Below, in pieces: positions 37,701 through 45,419 of a stretch of 46,156 nucleotides of DNA (positions within the stretch are counted from its first letter, which is position 1; every line of letters starts with the position of its first letter). Source of the DNA: Octopus bimaculoides (Eukaryota). The DNA is taken from positions 191,714,759-191,760,914 of the forward strand of contig NC_068982.1 in the NCBI RefSeq assembly GCF_001194135.2, in the 5' to 3' direction. The notes below the pieces were generated by a model that was not told the DNA's origin, did not search any database, and saw only the letters and a program-made list of their open reading frames with translations. Both the position numbers and the translations under genes were made by a program.

Positions 37701-40700
37701 GAGTGTGGACTGGGTGCCTTTAACGTGGCACCTGCCAAGATGCTACATCTTGGAATTTGCTGCTAGAAACCCAACAGAAGTGTTAGAATCTCAGAACAAA
37801 ATCCATTTCAGAAATTGTGTTTTGTTTCTCATATTTTTCTTAGGTAGATTTTACCATCTTTATCTCAAGGAATGGTAAAATCAATATCACCAATATACTC
37901 GACATCATTTATTCCCTTATATTTCTCTGAGACTCCACTTGTAAAATAAGGTTGTTTTTTTTTTTTTAATGTAATCCATCAAAATTGTTTACTAAAAAAA
38001 ATTAACTTTGAACTTAGAGATTTTGTCTCCTGAAACAGCAACCATTTGAGACAAACGTCCAGACTCTTCTCTACATGGCATTTTTTTTTGTTCAATGAAA
38101 GTTCTTTTATTTGTTTTGTGATGAATATCCCTCTTTGATTGAAATGCTACCATTTTCATCTCATAAGAATTGGTAATTTGTCTGTAATACCTTACCTGGG
38201 CCTTACACATAGAGCTGTCAATTCTGATGGTGTTGAAAACTGTGTGTGGCCATATAAACATCAGAGGAAGCTATTTCATTAAGAAAGAGACTGGAGTCTC
38301 TTGATTTAGAGTAAAAATTAAAGAACCCAATGTTTCAAAGAGAGAAACAAACTTTATCGACTTACATTGAAAAATTAACTTTTGCTCAAGTAAAACACTT
38401 GACTTTTTGCCTCGTCTCCCACATAATATATTCTCTTCATATTTTACAAACTTATAAATGCAATATGTTTGTCCATTTTATAACGGTGTAACAGCTTTAA
38501 AAACCAAAGGACTTATTGACTCCAGCAATCATCACCAACTTCACCATTTGTGTTGAAATCTCTAATTACTGAACCAGTCTCATTCATCATTATTTTACTT
38601 CATCTGTTAATATTGATATCTTATTGGTATTTCCCTCACCCCGTTTATTTTTTAAAATTTTAATTAAACTTGGTGTTAAATATGGTTTTTTTGTAAATAG
38701 TTAGAGTTACCTCCCCTGTCTCGTAGAAAATGATCCAAAAAGTATTTGTGTTTCCTTGAATCATTATTGCAGCTTTGATTAAGCAGTGACGTCACCACTT
38801 TCAGTTTAGTTCAACTAGTTTGGATGTTGTCAGGCAGTTGCTTCTCTGGTCATCTCTAATGTGAAGATGCAAGTATCCAAGAAGCTGCCTCTTCAGAATA
38901 GAAAGCCAGTGTCAGGTTCCAGTCTGCAATGAGCTGGTATCTACTTCCAACAGCTCCATAAACGAAACACTTGCACACAAAATTTGAACTCATAACCTGT
39001 GAATTGCTACTTCAGTCCTCTGGCATTACAGATAGGTCAAAAGTTCGAATGTGACTTTGGCAACTATTTTGCTGTTTCTCGAAACACAACTCTTCTTATT
39101 TCAACTTAGCCAACTGCATCTGACACAACATTTCACAATTTGTGAATCAACAGCAGCAGGCTTCGGAGGTTGATCCATTTAGTGTTGACTGTCAGCAGAA
39201 AGGGGACTTGATATCATAGGAAAGGTTAACAATGTTTCATTTCAGTTCAGCCAATTTCTGTTTCGCATGTCTACTCTCATAAATTTGAAGAGAATATGAT
39301 CCAAGCAATTGAAGTGTCGATGTTTAGGAGAATGTTACGAAGATCATCAGACAAAGGAATGGCTGTTATAATAAATAAGTGAAAGGCAACAACAATGCCT
39401 GAACATTGTGAAAACACAAAAGCTCATCTGTTAAGGCCATATTCGATGAAGCAGAGGTCTGGAAAACATGAGCAGCAGAAGATCATGGGGCAGGCAAAGA
39501 ACACAATGGATGGACACTAACAAGAACTGGTTGGGCAAGAATAGCAAAGTATCTGCAGAACTCATGCTGAATCATGAAGACTTATAATAAAGATCCTAAC
39601 CATTGTTTAATGTGTGCTTTCCATGCTGACATGGGTTGGACGGTTTGATAGGAACTGGCAAACTGGAGCACTGCACCAGACTTCAGTTGTCTGTTTTGGA
39701 ATGGTTTCTATGGCTGGATATACAAAAACCCATTTCGTGTGTCTTTACGTTTTCAGTTCAAATTCTGATGAGGTTTGACTGCAGTCAATGTAATCAATTA
39801 ATCCCTTCCCATACAAATTTCAGGCCTTGTCCCTATAATATAATGGATTACTATTATTATTATTATTATTAAGGCAGTGAGCTGGCTGAATGGTTAGCAT
39901 GCTGGGAAAAATGCTTAGCAACATTTCGTCCATCCTTACATTCTGAGTTCAAATTCTGCCGAGGTTGATTTTTGCCTTTCATCCTTTCAGGGTTGATGAA
40001 ATAAGTACCAGTTATGCATGAGGGTTGATATAATCGACTAATGCCTTACCCCAAAATTTCAGGTCTTGTGTCTATAGAAAAAAAGGATCATCATTGATTA
40101 GATTCAGGTTCATTCTTATTCCAGGTAAAATTTATGTGGGTAGCAGGTTACCACCTGTAACCTTAGGTATCCACAAGCTTTCAAAAGTCTATCAAGTGCT
40201 TAAATCCCTTCTGATAATCTTTCCTGTTCCTAAAAGGCAAATTTTTTATGGAGCTCCACAGGGCATTCTATTCCAACCCCCTTCAACCATTTCGTTTCTA
40301 TCTTTGCTCACAATTCCCAAGGCACCCAATTATTACAGGAAAAACCTTTACACTTTTCATATTCCAAATTCTTGTGTTATTATTCCTCTTTTACTTGTTT
40401 CAGTCATTTGACTGTGGCCATGCTGGAGCACTACCTTTAGTCGAGCAAATCGACCCCAGGACTTATTCTATCGGTCTCTTTTGATGAACCACTAGGTTAT
40501 GGGGACATAAACACACAAGCATCGACTGTCAAGTGATGTTGGGGGGAAAAACACAGACACACAAACGTATACACACATATACAACGGGCTTCTTTCAGTT
40601 TCCATCAACCAAATCCACTCAGAAGGCTTTGGTCGGCCCGAGGCTATAGTAGAAGACACTTGCCCAAGGTACCATGCAGTGGGATTGAACCTGGAACCAT

Positions 40701-41196
40701 GTGATTGGTAAGCAAGCTACTTACCACACAGCCACTCCTCCTAAATTATTGCCTTGTAACATTTTGTCTCCCAGTTGTAGAGACTGACATCTTTTACAAA
40801 GTCTTCAAGAGATTCTGGCACCCAAAGACTTCTCAGATGTATTGGCAGAATTAGTAGAGTGCCAGACAAAATACTGGATGGGATTTGGCTATAAACCTTC
40901 AGGTAATAGGTTCAAATTGTGTGCAAGTTAACTTAGACCTTCCTTATTCCAATATTATTATTATATAAGGCGGTAAGCTGTCAGAATCGTTATCATGACA
41001 GACAAATATGCTTAGCAGCATTTCGTTTGTCGTTACATTTGGAGTTCAAATATTTCCAGTTTAAAAATTAATTCATTTTTGTTTTTTCCTGTGTCCAGTT
41101 TCTGTCGTTAAATCATTTTTAATTTATTCAAAACCTGACCATAATTGTATCTGTCTCTCTATTTTTCACCAGTCCCGGACGTGTTTGATCCTGTAA
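1757..41196 (+). CDS. RPGR: RPGR orthologue (RCC1-like domain + Glu/Lys-rich tail + CaaX), 19 coding exons, 5'-partial (first exon not found in window)
   Basis: Manual splicing gives one uninterrupted frame: join(1757-1882,2380-2472,4421-4483,7282-7440,8989-9138,11925-12080,13891-14043,16647-16771,22380-22550,24488-24641,25082-25164,25318-25386,29194-29409,30881-31007,32045-32395,33215-33442,35407-35477,37148-37240,41173-41196), 2612 nt. The start [26 protein letters not shown] matches human RPGR [26 protein letters not shown] (recalled). It also has TLSARDRRR and LNRTLP motifs and ends in CLIL* (human CTIL*). Confidence 0.93.
2380..2472 (+). CDS. RPGR: RPGR exon (human exon 3 equivalent; ESGRIFMFGPNDWGQLGLGHSRHVDKPSCIK)
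   Basis: ttttcag| ... |gtgaag, 93 nt, RCC1 GQLGLG motif. Confidence 0.96.
2600..2800 (-). mobile_element. tRNA-derived SINE (family with tggcagaatcgttagc head, gttcaaattc B-box, (ATT)n tail)
   Basis: Reverse complement of the copies at 39870-40085 and 42855-43512; (AAT)n run 2799-2868 at its flank. Confidence 0.8.
2799..2868. repeat. (AAT)n microsatellite. Others: (CT)n 3899-3965, (CA)/(TA)n 6870-6960 and 7150-7250, (GAT)n 12340-12422, (CA)n 25214-25254, (TA)n 34625-34870, (GAT)(GAC)(GGT) 36460-36520
   Basis: Directly visible. Confidence 0.97.
4421..4483 (+). CDS. RPGR: RPGR exon (human exon 4 equivalent; ALKHEKVSLVACGGCHTLIAT)
   Basis: ttttgtcag| ... |gtaaga, 63 nt, VACGxxHT motif. Confidence 0.96.
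5340..5735 (-). mobile_element. Degenerate mariner/maT (DD37D-like) transposase fragment
   Basis: Minus strand with a stop and a frameshift: TVEAVKKQINQNPYKRPRKTAKAL..MHKIFKVDLKLTAYKKQ..KKTMLAEMKHAANKVLILSNEIFT. This resembles the HTH through the first catalytic D (xSDEKxFT) of maT transposases. Confidence 0.6.
6255..6816 (+). mobile_element. 5'-truncated RTE-clade LINE (ORF2 C-terminus + 3'UTR + (GAT)n tail), gap 6573-6727
   Basis: ggcctcaccgaggcgatgacttctgaccgagacctttggaaatatgctgtgcatgagaagacc... through to catggaaagcggacgttaaacaatgatgatgat; same sequence as the 3' end of the 19419-21490 element. Confidence 0.8.
6961..7140 (-). mobile_element. Penelope-like terminal fragment embedded in (TA)n, carrying a minimal hammerhead-like motif (7049-7084)
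   Basis: Minus strand CTTT-CTGTTGA-G-GAGC-GTAG-GCTC-GAAAC-ATA-AAAG; flanked on both sides by TA repeats. Confidence 0.55.
7282..7440 (+). CDS. RPGR: RPGR exon (human exon 5 equivalent; DSGKIYSFGANGEGQLG...ALAAGFEHSVCLT)
   Basis: ttttgcag| ... |gtaagt, 159 nt. Confidence 0.96.
8989..9138 (+). CDS. RPGR: RPGR exon (human exon 6 equivalent; ESGDVYIWGSNSEGQLGFG...VAVGYYHTALLT)
   Basis: tgtttcag| ... |gttcat (weak donor), 150 nt. Confidence 0.93.
10535..11820 (-). mobile_element. Degenerate RTE-clade LINE (AviRTE/BovB-like) reverse transcriptase and C-terminus, gap 10898-11135
   Basis: KQGCVLAPTLFSIFFSMML, GIYIRY, ADD, GLEVSLKKTEV, YLGCTISSDG, LLYGxxSW, YGEL; C-terminal ISHERVC and 3' end ttcgtcagcagaggcaagcc. 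Confidence 0.92.
11925..12080 (+). CDS. RPGR: RPGR exon (human exon 7 equivalent; ENGSVYIFGETEGGKLGLG...ISCGSSYTALIT)
   Basis: atttcag| ... |gtaagt, 156 nt. Confidence 0.95.
13891..14043 (+). CDS. RPGR: RPGR exon (human exon 8 equivalent; KQNELYTFGTGSNGELGHG...VSCGANHTAITT)
   Basis: cttccacag| ... |gtaaag, 153 nt. Confidence 0.95.
14400..14990 (-). mobile_element. Gypsy (Mag/K02A2.6-like) integrase core fragment
   Basis: VSDNRTQFVSNEFKEFC...HVTTAPYHPRSNGQAEHFVNTFKRAL (rve D..E region). Confidence 0.92.
15100..16026 (-). mobile_element. Gypsy gag remnant with PBS-like site and LTR boundary, interrupted by a SINE
   Basis: Minus strand ...ataaCA g TGACGACGAGgataaaa (PBS-like, 16012-16021), a poly-Q stretch, YEPDKGVPFEA.YYRR.EQIFEKEC, and KIFNEK.SLFNTQWKCLNIEKNNDED; frameshifted. 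Confidence 0.75.
15340..15550 (-). mobile_element. tRNA-derived SINE (CORE-like ttgagcaagacactt and gcgatggactgg domains) nested in Gypsy gag; inverted duplicate at 17996-18186
   Basis: A-box tggcttagtgg and B-box-like gtttcaattcc; a diverged relative at about 4800-5050. Confidence 0.8.
16647..16771 (+). CDS. RPGR: RPGR exon (human exon 9 equivalent; EDGYLYTFGDSRHGKLAQGEDSYSNLFEPCLVDQFESYVIDK)
   Basis: cttttag| ... |gtaagt, 125 nt, phase 1-0; YTFGDxRHGKL as in human RPGR. Confidence 0.96.
17768..18186 (+). repeat. Inverted duplicate of 15359-15777; further pieces at 19329-19418 (=15146-15235) and 21496-21533 (=15103-15138)
   Basis: Base-by-base reverse-complement match over 419 nt with about 5 mismatches seen; identical ORFs appear in the track on opposite strands. 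Confidence 0.92.
18711..19318 (-). mobile_element. RTE LINE ORF2 end + 3'UTR segment
   Basis: LRWYGHVARIDEDSCVEK...GRGKPKKTWDEVVKHNLRTLGL on the minus strand. Confidence 0.9.
19419..21490 (-). mobile_element. 5'-truncated RTE-clade LINE (Expander/Rex3-like RT), gap 19734-20690; contig 18711-19318 probably belongs to it
   Basis: KVRVGNEYSEEFRVEVGVHQGPVLSPLLF..CPWELLYANDLAL..GLRVNLAKTKV; upstream QFGFVPGKSTT and AFVDMEKAFDRVP; (GAT)n tail at 19419. Confidence 0.92.
22380..22550 (+). CDS. RPGR: RPGR exon (human exon 10 equivalent; VVCGGCHTMVVAH...TLSARDRRRQTA)
   Basis: ccgcag| ... |gtaaga, 171 nt, phase 0-0; closes the propeller. Confidence 0.95.
23247..23798 (+). repeat. 42-bp minisatellite (gaaggcaaagtggccgagttccttttgagtgttgggcatcat), at least 9 units, gap 23488-23629
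   Basis: Near-identical tandem units with no spacers; flanks are RTE ORF2 3'-end sequence. Confidence 0.95.
24488..24641 (+). CDS. RPGR: RPGR exon (ESTNSSLNRTLPSLSG...QLDRTLPNG)
   Basis: cttacag| ... |gtatgt, 154 nt, phase 0-1; RTLP motif as in human RRTLPPI. Confidence 0.88.
24642..24958 (+). repeat. Compound (TG/TA)n microsatellite directly after an exon donor
   Basis: gtatgtatgtatatgtgtgtg... over about 315 nt. Confidence 0.95.
25082..25164 (+). CDS. RPGR: RPGR exon (GKCLMGNLEESEEKVENYSEKVEDDITE)
   Basis: ttttgcag| ... |gtgaga, 83 nt, phase 1-0, fits flanking exons. Confidence 0.82.
25318..25386 (+). CDS. RPGR: RPGR exon (SPMRNPSKTLAPKPAPRKLKPKE)
   Basis: ttctgtag| ... |gtttgt, 69 nt, phase 0-0; purine-rich island in pyrimidine-rich intron. 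Confidence 0.72.
26041..26642. mobile_element. Foldback/MITE-like element (26041-26295) plus a second inverted partial copy (26481-26642)
   Basis: Arms of about 90 nt: ggtaatattgatcctcactt...gagagaacccttcatatgga versus the reverse complement of tccataggagaggttctctc...gtggagataaatgttacc. A related arm lies at about 42500-42595. Confidence 0.7.
28250..28450 (-). mobile_element. Probable LINE 3' end with perfect terminal hairpin (28273-28317) and (AAG)n tail
   Basis: tcttttatgccacgtcagagg-ttc-cctctgacgtggcataaaaga is a perfect 21-bp stem; (ctt)n run adjacent on the left. Confidence 0.45.
29194..29409 (+). CDS. RPGR: RPGR exon (NCLITELKPNF...QKVPLSNGVTL); acceptor position uncertain
   Basis: ctgcag| chosen for phase 0, |gtaaag donor, 216 nt; lies inside ORF 29155-29445. 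An upstream aag at 29179 would be phase 1 and need another exon. Confidence 0.68.
29540..29990 (+). mobile_element. Penelope-like element fragment (RT-endonuclease linker + GIY-YIG endonuclease)
   Basis: LWFNLSFSATVRTNVGKEFLNLVSRHFPANHKYHRVFNRRLLKVSYSC, then KCN..CCPLRRNCLTKGIVFRVKV..KTYMG..FKTR; degenerate. Confidence 0.8.
30881..31007 (+). CDS. RPGR: RPGR exon (DRIENEEYQKDAPIP...KESIEEK)
   Basis: cattccag| ... |gttgga, 127 nt, phase 0-1. Confidence 0.8.
31680..31990 (-). mobile_element. CR1-like LINE 3' coding remnant
   Basis: Minus strand, frameshifted: xGHAYKIRKQ ... AWNKLPASVASC..SF, resembling the RGHxxKL...WNxLP end of CR1 ORF2. Confidence 0.55.
32045..32395 (+). CDS. RPGR: RPGR Glu/Lys-rich exon (GKKEDSEDEIQE...EKNNKNKQK)
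   Basis: tttttcag| ... |gtaaat, 351 nt, phase 1-1, strongly purine-rich. Confidence 0.88.
33215..33442 (+). CDS. RPGR: RPGR Glu/Lys-rich exon (SKKGILNIFGKKKV...KQNHPKP)
   Basis: gttttag| ... |gtgaat, 228 nt, phase 1-1. Confidence 0.87.
33790..34480 (+). mobile_element. Non-LTR retrotransposon RT fragment (RTE-like, third lineage)
   Basis: KGDLTSAANYRGLTL, FRRGRSTTAQI, FVDFCKAFDSI, YGIP, GVLQGDT..PFLF, DFADDLAL. Confidence 0.92.
35407..35477 (+). CDS. RPGR: RPGR poly-Glu exon (DSVEEEEEEVEEEEEKEKEKDGEK)
   Basis: attttag| ... |gtaaag, 71 nt, phase 1-0. Confidence 0.83.
35530..35719 (+). repeat. Degenerate ~38-bp tandem array with conserved core tgttga(c)ttatgaatgacag
   Basis: tgttga starts at 35530, 35567, 35605, 35646, 35684 and 35711. 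Confidence 0.7.
37148..37240 (+). CDS. RPGR: RPGR exon (EDAKDEKSEEDKKKETEKSETILENDEKDKN)
   Basis: gttacag| ... |gtaagt, 93 nt, phase 0-0. Confidence 0.87.
39285..39560 (+). mobile_element. Old RTE/BovB-like LINE 3' remnant
   Basis: Degenerate IQAIEVSMFRRML...LNIVKTQKL..GHI...GRQRTQWMD. Confidence 0.55.
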
Positions 41197-41521
41197 AAGG
41201 AAGATTCCGGTGAACAGCACCAACAACAACAACATCAGGAAACATGGAAATTGTAAAATATTTTAAAGGATTACTTTTAGTTGTGTACATAACTTTTTTT
41301 AAATTCTAAATTATTGCCTTGTAACATTTTGTCTCCCAGTTGTAAAGACTGACATCTTTTACAAAGTCTTCAAGAGATTCTGGTACCCAAAGACTTCTCA
41401 GCTGAATTGGCAGAATTAGTAGAGTGCCACACAAAATACTGGATGGGATTTGGCTATAAACCTTCAGGTAATAGGTTCAAATTGTGTGCAAGTTAACTTA
41501 GACCTTCCTTATTCCAATATT
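40741..41521 (+). repeat. 216-bp direct repeat (40741-40956 and 41306-41521) bracketing the terminal RPGR exon
   Basis: ctaaattattgccttgtaac...ccttattccaatatt occurs twice, with 5 substitutions seen. Confidence 0.95.
41173..41196 (+). CDS. RPGR: RPGR terminal coding exon SRTCLIL* (CaaX prenylation motif)
   Basis: Long pyrimidine tract ending ttcaccag|; TCC CGG ACG TGT TTG ATC CTG TAA in phase 0; analogous to human SKSCTIL*. Confidence 0.9.
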   Translation, partial: SRTCLIL

Positions 41522-42854
41522 GCTAAAATAGACACCAGACAAATACTGGAGTTGATATAACCAATTGCAATGGCTACGGTGCCACAGAAAAAAAAAACAT
41601 TCAGCCCATTCTGTAAAGTGATTGGCATTAGGAAGGAATCTGGCTGTAGAAACCATGACAAAACAGACAATGGAACCTGGTGTGGCTGCTGGCCTTAGCA
41701 GCTCCTCTCAAACTGTCCAACCCATGCCAGCATGGAAAAAGGGACGTTAAATGATGATGATGACACTTGAAGAACTGGAAGCAACAAACAGATAAAACAG
41801 ATCCAACAGCAATTACAGAAAGTCTGAAAGGAAATCGCAGAGTATCAGCATAAAAAAAGGGGTCCTACCTTCGATCACAGAATAGTGTTAATTAACAATC
41901 ACAAATGATTATTATTATTCTTATTGTAAGGTGATAAGCTGCAAGAATTGTCTGACACAATGCTGCAAACAGTATTTCTTCCAGTTTTTTATGTTTGGAG
42001 CTAAAATTCCATCAAGGTCAACTTTCCCTTTTATTGTTTTGGGGGTCAGTAAAATAAAGTATCAGGTCAAATACTCAGTCCTCCTAAAACTGTTGGCCTT
42101 GTATCAAAAACTCTAAACAACCTTTGCAGGGATCAGCCGGATCAGAAGACCATCCAAGAAAGGCAACCTTTGTATCCAACTTAATGTGGATGCTTTGTTA
42201 GAATGCTGAAAACTGATTTTATTTAACTTGAGAGGATTTCACATGGACTCATGGTGCATAAAAAACACTTGTATTCATCTCATTGGCAGATGAGAATCAT
42301 CTGCCATGGGTGACAGAACTGCCGGATCATGTAATTTCAACCTACCTGGTCTCATCAGTGACAGATATCAAGTAGCTGTATATCAGCCAAATCACACCAC
42401 CAATGATGTATTTATAGGATTTCCATGTCTTTTCAGGCTTTGATGTGGCAAATAGCCTGAAGAGGCTTATTAAAAAATAATTAATCACAATGTGCTTCTG
42501 TCCATAGGAGAGATTCTCTCAGGGCAAAATAACACAGTATCATGTGTTCCAACACAACATCCACATTAAGTTGGATATAATGATTGCCCTTTGGTATTAA
42601 TACTGCTTCTGTTGCTAACTTTATGTTCTGAGTTCAAATTCCACTGAGACTGATTTTATTTCTCTGCTAAGTACATGCTGTTTTGTCTGTGTTCTGTCCT
42701 TGTAGCATCAGGTCAACAAATGATGGCCTCGGCTGACTTCCTCCCATAACAATGGAATTCTTATTGCTTTTTTACAGATCCTCATCCTCAGACAAATCTT
42801 TTTCTCCAACACTCTAACAACTCTGACAATTCACCACCTGTTATTATTATTCAG

Positions 42855-43512
42855 GCTGTGAATTGGCAGAACTGTTAGCACGCTGGGCGAAATGTTTAGC
42901 AGTATTTTGCCCATCGTTACGTTCTGAGTTCAAATTTTGCCAAAGTCAACTTTGCTTTTCATCGTTTCGGGGTCGATAAATTAAGCACCAGTTGAGTACT
43001 GGGAATCGATGTAATCGACTACCCTTCCCCCCCAAATTTCAGGCCTTGTGTTTATAATAGAAACAATCATCATCATCATCAAGTCGGTGAGCTGGCAGAA
43101 TCGTTAAGCGGTATTTCGTCTGCTGCTGTGTTCTGAGTCCAAATTCCACCAAGGCTGACTTTGCCTTTCACCCTTTCAGGGTCGCTAAATTAAGTACCAG
43201 TAATGCACTGGGATCAATGTAATCGATACATCCCCTCCCCCAAAATGACTGCCCTTGTGCCAAAATTTGAAACCATTATTATTATTATTATTATTAATGT
43301 TGTGAGCTGGCAGAATTGTTAGCACGCTGAGCAAAATGCTTAGCAGCATTTCGTCTATATGCACGTTCTGAGTTCAAATTCCACTGAGGTCGACTTTGCC
43401 TTTCATCCTTTCGGGGTTGATAAATTAAGTACCAGTGAAACACTGGGGTCGAAGTAATCGATTAACCCCCTCCCCCAAAATTTCAGGCCTAGTGCCTATA
43501 GTAGAAAGGATT
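42855..43512 (+). mobile_element. Three head-to-tail copies of the same tRNA-derived SINE
   Basis: Heads at about 42855, 43083 and 43297, each with an A-box-like tggcagaa, a B-box-like gagttcaaattc, the ctttcatcctttcggggtcgataaattaagtaccag core, and (ATC/ATT)n tails. Confidence 0.85.
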
Positions 43513-44089
43513 TTTTAAATAGTTCAATCTCCTCCTATCGATGTCCTTCTGAGTTCTCCGTCCATTTCTGTCACCTCTGGATTATATTTGTAAATAGCTG
43601 TACACTATACTAACAAACAATAGCTGTAAAAATGTTAAACAATAAATAAAAATGAGAAATATTTAACAATGCTGTTTAGTGAAATCTAATTTCCTCTGCA
43701 GCCATGAACATAAAATACATCTTTGTCTTTGATAATTCTCAAAGACAATCTGACGTCACCAAGTTGTTAGGAGGTTGGCCTTTTAAAGACATGCATCTGA
43801 AGCACTTTCCCCAACACTTTCAGTTTTTGCTGAGATTCAGGTCTTCTGCTGACTTCTAGTAGAAGACCTCAATGACTAACAAGGACACATCTTGGTGTGG
43901 CATTGTTCTGTTTTTATGTTTCATCAATCTAATAATACGGGGTGGAGGAGTGAGGTGGGTTTCTCTGCTCCATGCAAAAATATTGTGGTTTTGGGAGTTT
44001 ACACGCTCATCTGTCCTTAAAGCACAACCAACACAAAGAAGATTCCATCAGGATTCTTGGTTATTCTCCAAGTTCAAGAGACACCAATA

Positions 44090-45419
44090 CACAGAGGGGT
44101 GTCCACAAAAACACTCCCTGATTTTAAACAGACATAACATGCAAATTTATTGTAATAGTCTTTCACAGTTAGTAGCTTCAGATGCAGGATTTCCTTCATG
44201 TGGTGGAAGGAAGCATTCAAGGTACTCAATGTGCATGCGTCTAGTTGCTCGGAAAGCATCAATGTGATAATCCAGTTTGGTTCAGACACTCAGCAGCATA
44301 TCTGGAGTTACCATGCAAACTGCTTCACTGATCAAAATTTTCAGCTCCACCAGGGTTGCAGGTAGGGGTGGTACAGAAACTGTGCTCTTCATGTACTCAC
44401 AAATGGTTAGGTCTGCTGACCTCGCAGGCCATTTGCAGAACACTTGATCATCTCGTCCAGCATGACCAATCCATCTGTTTGGCAAGTACTCAGTGAGAAA
44501 TCTCCTGACAACAAGATGCCATGCAGTGGAGCACCATCTTGCTGGAAAAGGTAGCCATCACCCTCAGCAGCTAGTTGTGGAAACATCCAGTTGGTCAGCA
44601 TCTCCAGGTAACTTTGACCAGTAACAGCTCCTCATTAAAAGAAGGAAGGGGGCCATACACTGTTCTCTCTGATACGGCATAAAACACATTAACTTTTGGT
44701 GAGTCTCATTCAATTTCCTGGGTAACGTGGGGACATTCAAGCCCTCCATATCCGCATGTTATGCCTATTGACTTTGCCGTTCATGTGAAATAACACCATC
44801 ACTGAAAATGATTTTCTTTTCACAGCAGGTTATCATTATCTTCCATTGATTGCTGGATATTCTCACAAAATTCAAACCGCATTCCATTATCTTTCAGGTG
44901 GAGTTTTGGACTAATTGCAGCTTGTAAGGGTGAAACTTTGAGTGTTTGTGTAGGATCTTGCAAACTGTGCCCTTGGGGAGGTGTAACTCTCGACTAGCTC
45001 TTCATATTGACTTTTTGGGGCTGTGCACAAATTTTCTTCTAACTCGATCAATAACTTCCTCTGAGACTGATGGTCGGCCAGAATGTCCCTTTCTGACTAA
45101 AATCGTTGTACCATTTCCGAATGGAATGGGTGCAAGTGGAATTGTATGATATTTGAGTCTGAAAGCACATTGCATGCCCACAACACTGTTTGGTCTTGCA
45201 AATTCCAGTACACACCAGCTGTGTTGCTGTGGGGTGATGGCCATTTTTAGATTTCCTTGTACCCCTGTGATTTTCTGGTTAAAGATGTCTAAATCGCCTG
45301 AAAAAAAATTAAATAACTGCTTTTAGAGAATCGGTTCACAACATGTTTATCAATATCTTTGAATTAGTTTAAATATCATAACATTGTGAAATCAGAGTGT
45401 TTTTGTGGACCCCCCTGTT
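44090..45419 (-). mobile_element. Full-length but inactivated Tc1/mariner element (rosa/DD41D-like), about 1.33 kb with TIRs
   Basis: Imperfect TIRs cag(a)ggggtgtccacaaaaacactccctgattt and aaatcagagtgtttttgtggaccccctg. Transposase pieces: MAITPQQHSWCVLEFA (ATG at 45244-45242), GRPSVSEE, HPYKLQLVQ, FQQDGAPLH, RWIGH, WPARSADLT; stops and frameshifts present. Confidence 0.88.

Noticed and set aside
37992-38261. 89-aa minus-strand ORF as a possible antisense or nested gene exon
   Set aside because: No recognisable domain and no consistent splice partners; probably decayed repeat or chance.
42053-43650. AATAAA at 42053 and 43641 as the RPGR poly(A) signal
   Set aside because: The first is inside a SINE, and neither can be distinguished from chance in AT-rich DNA without 3'-end reads.
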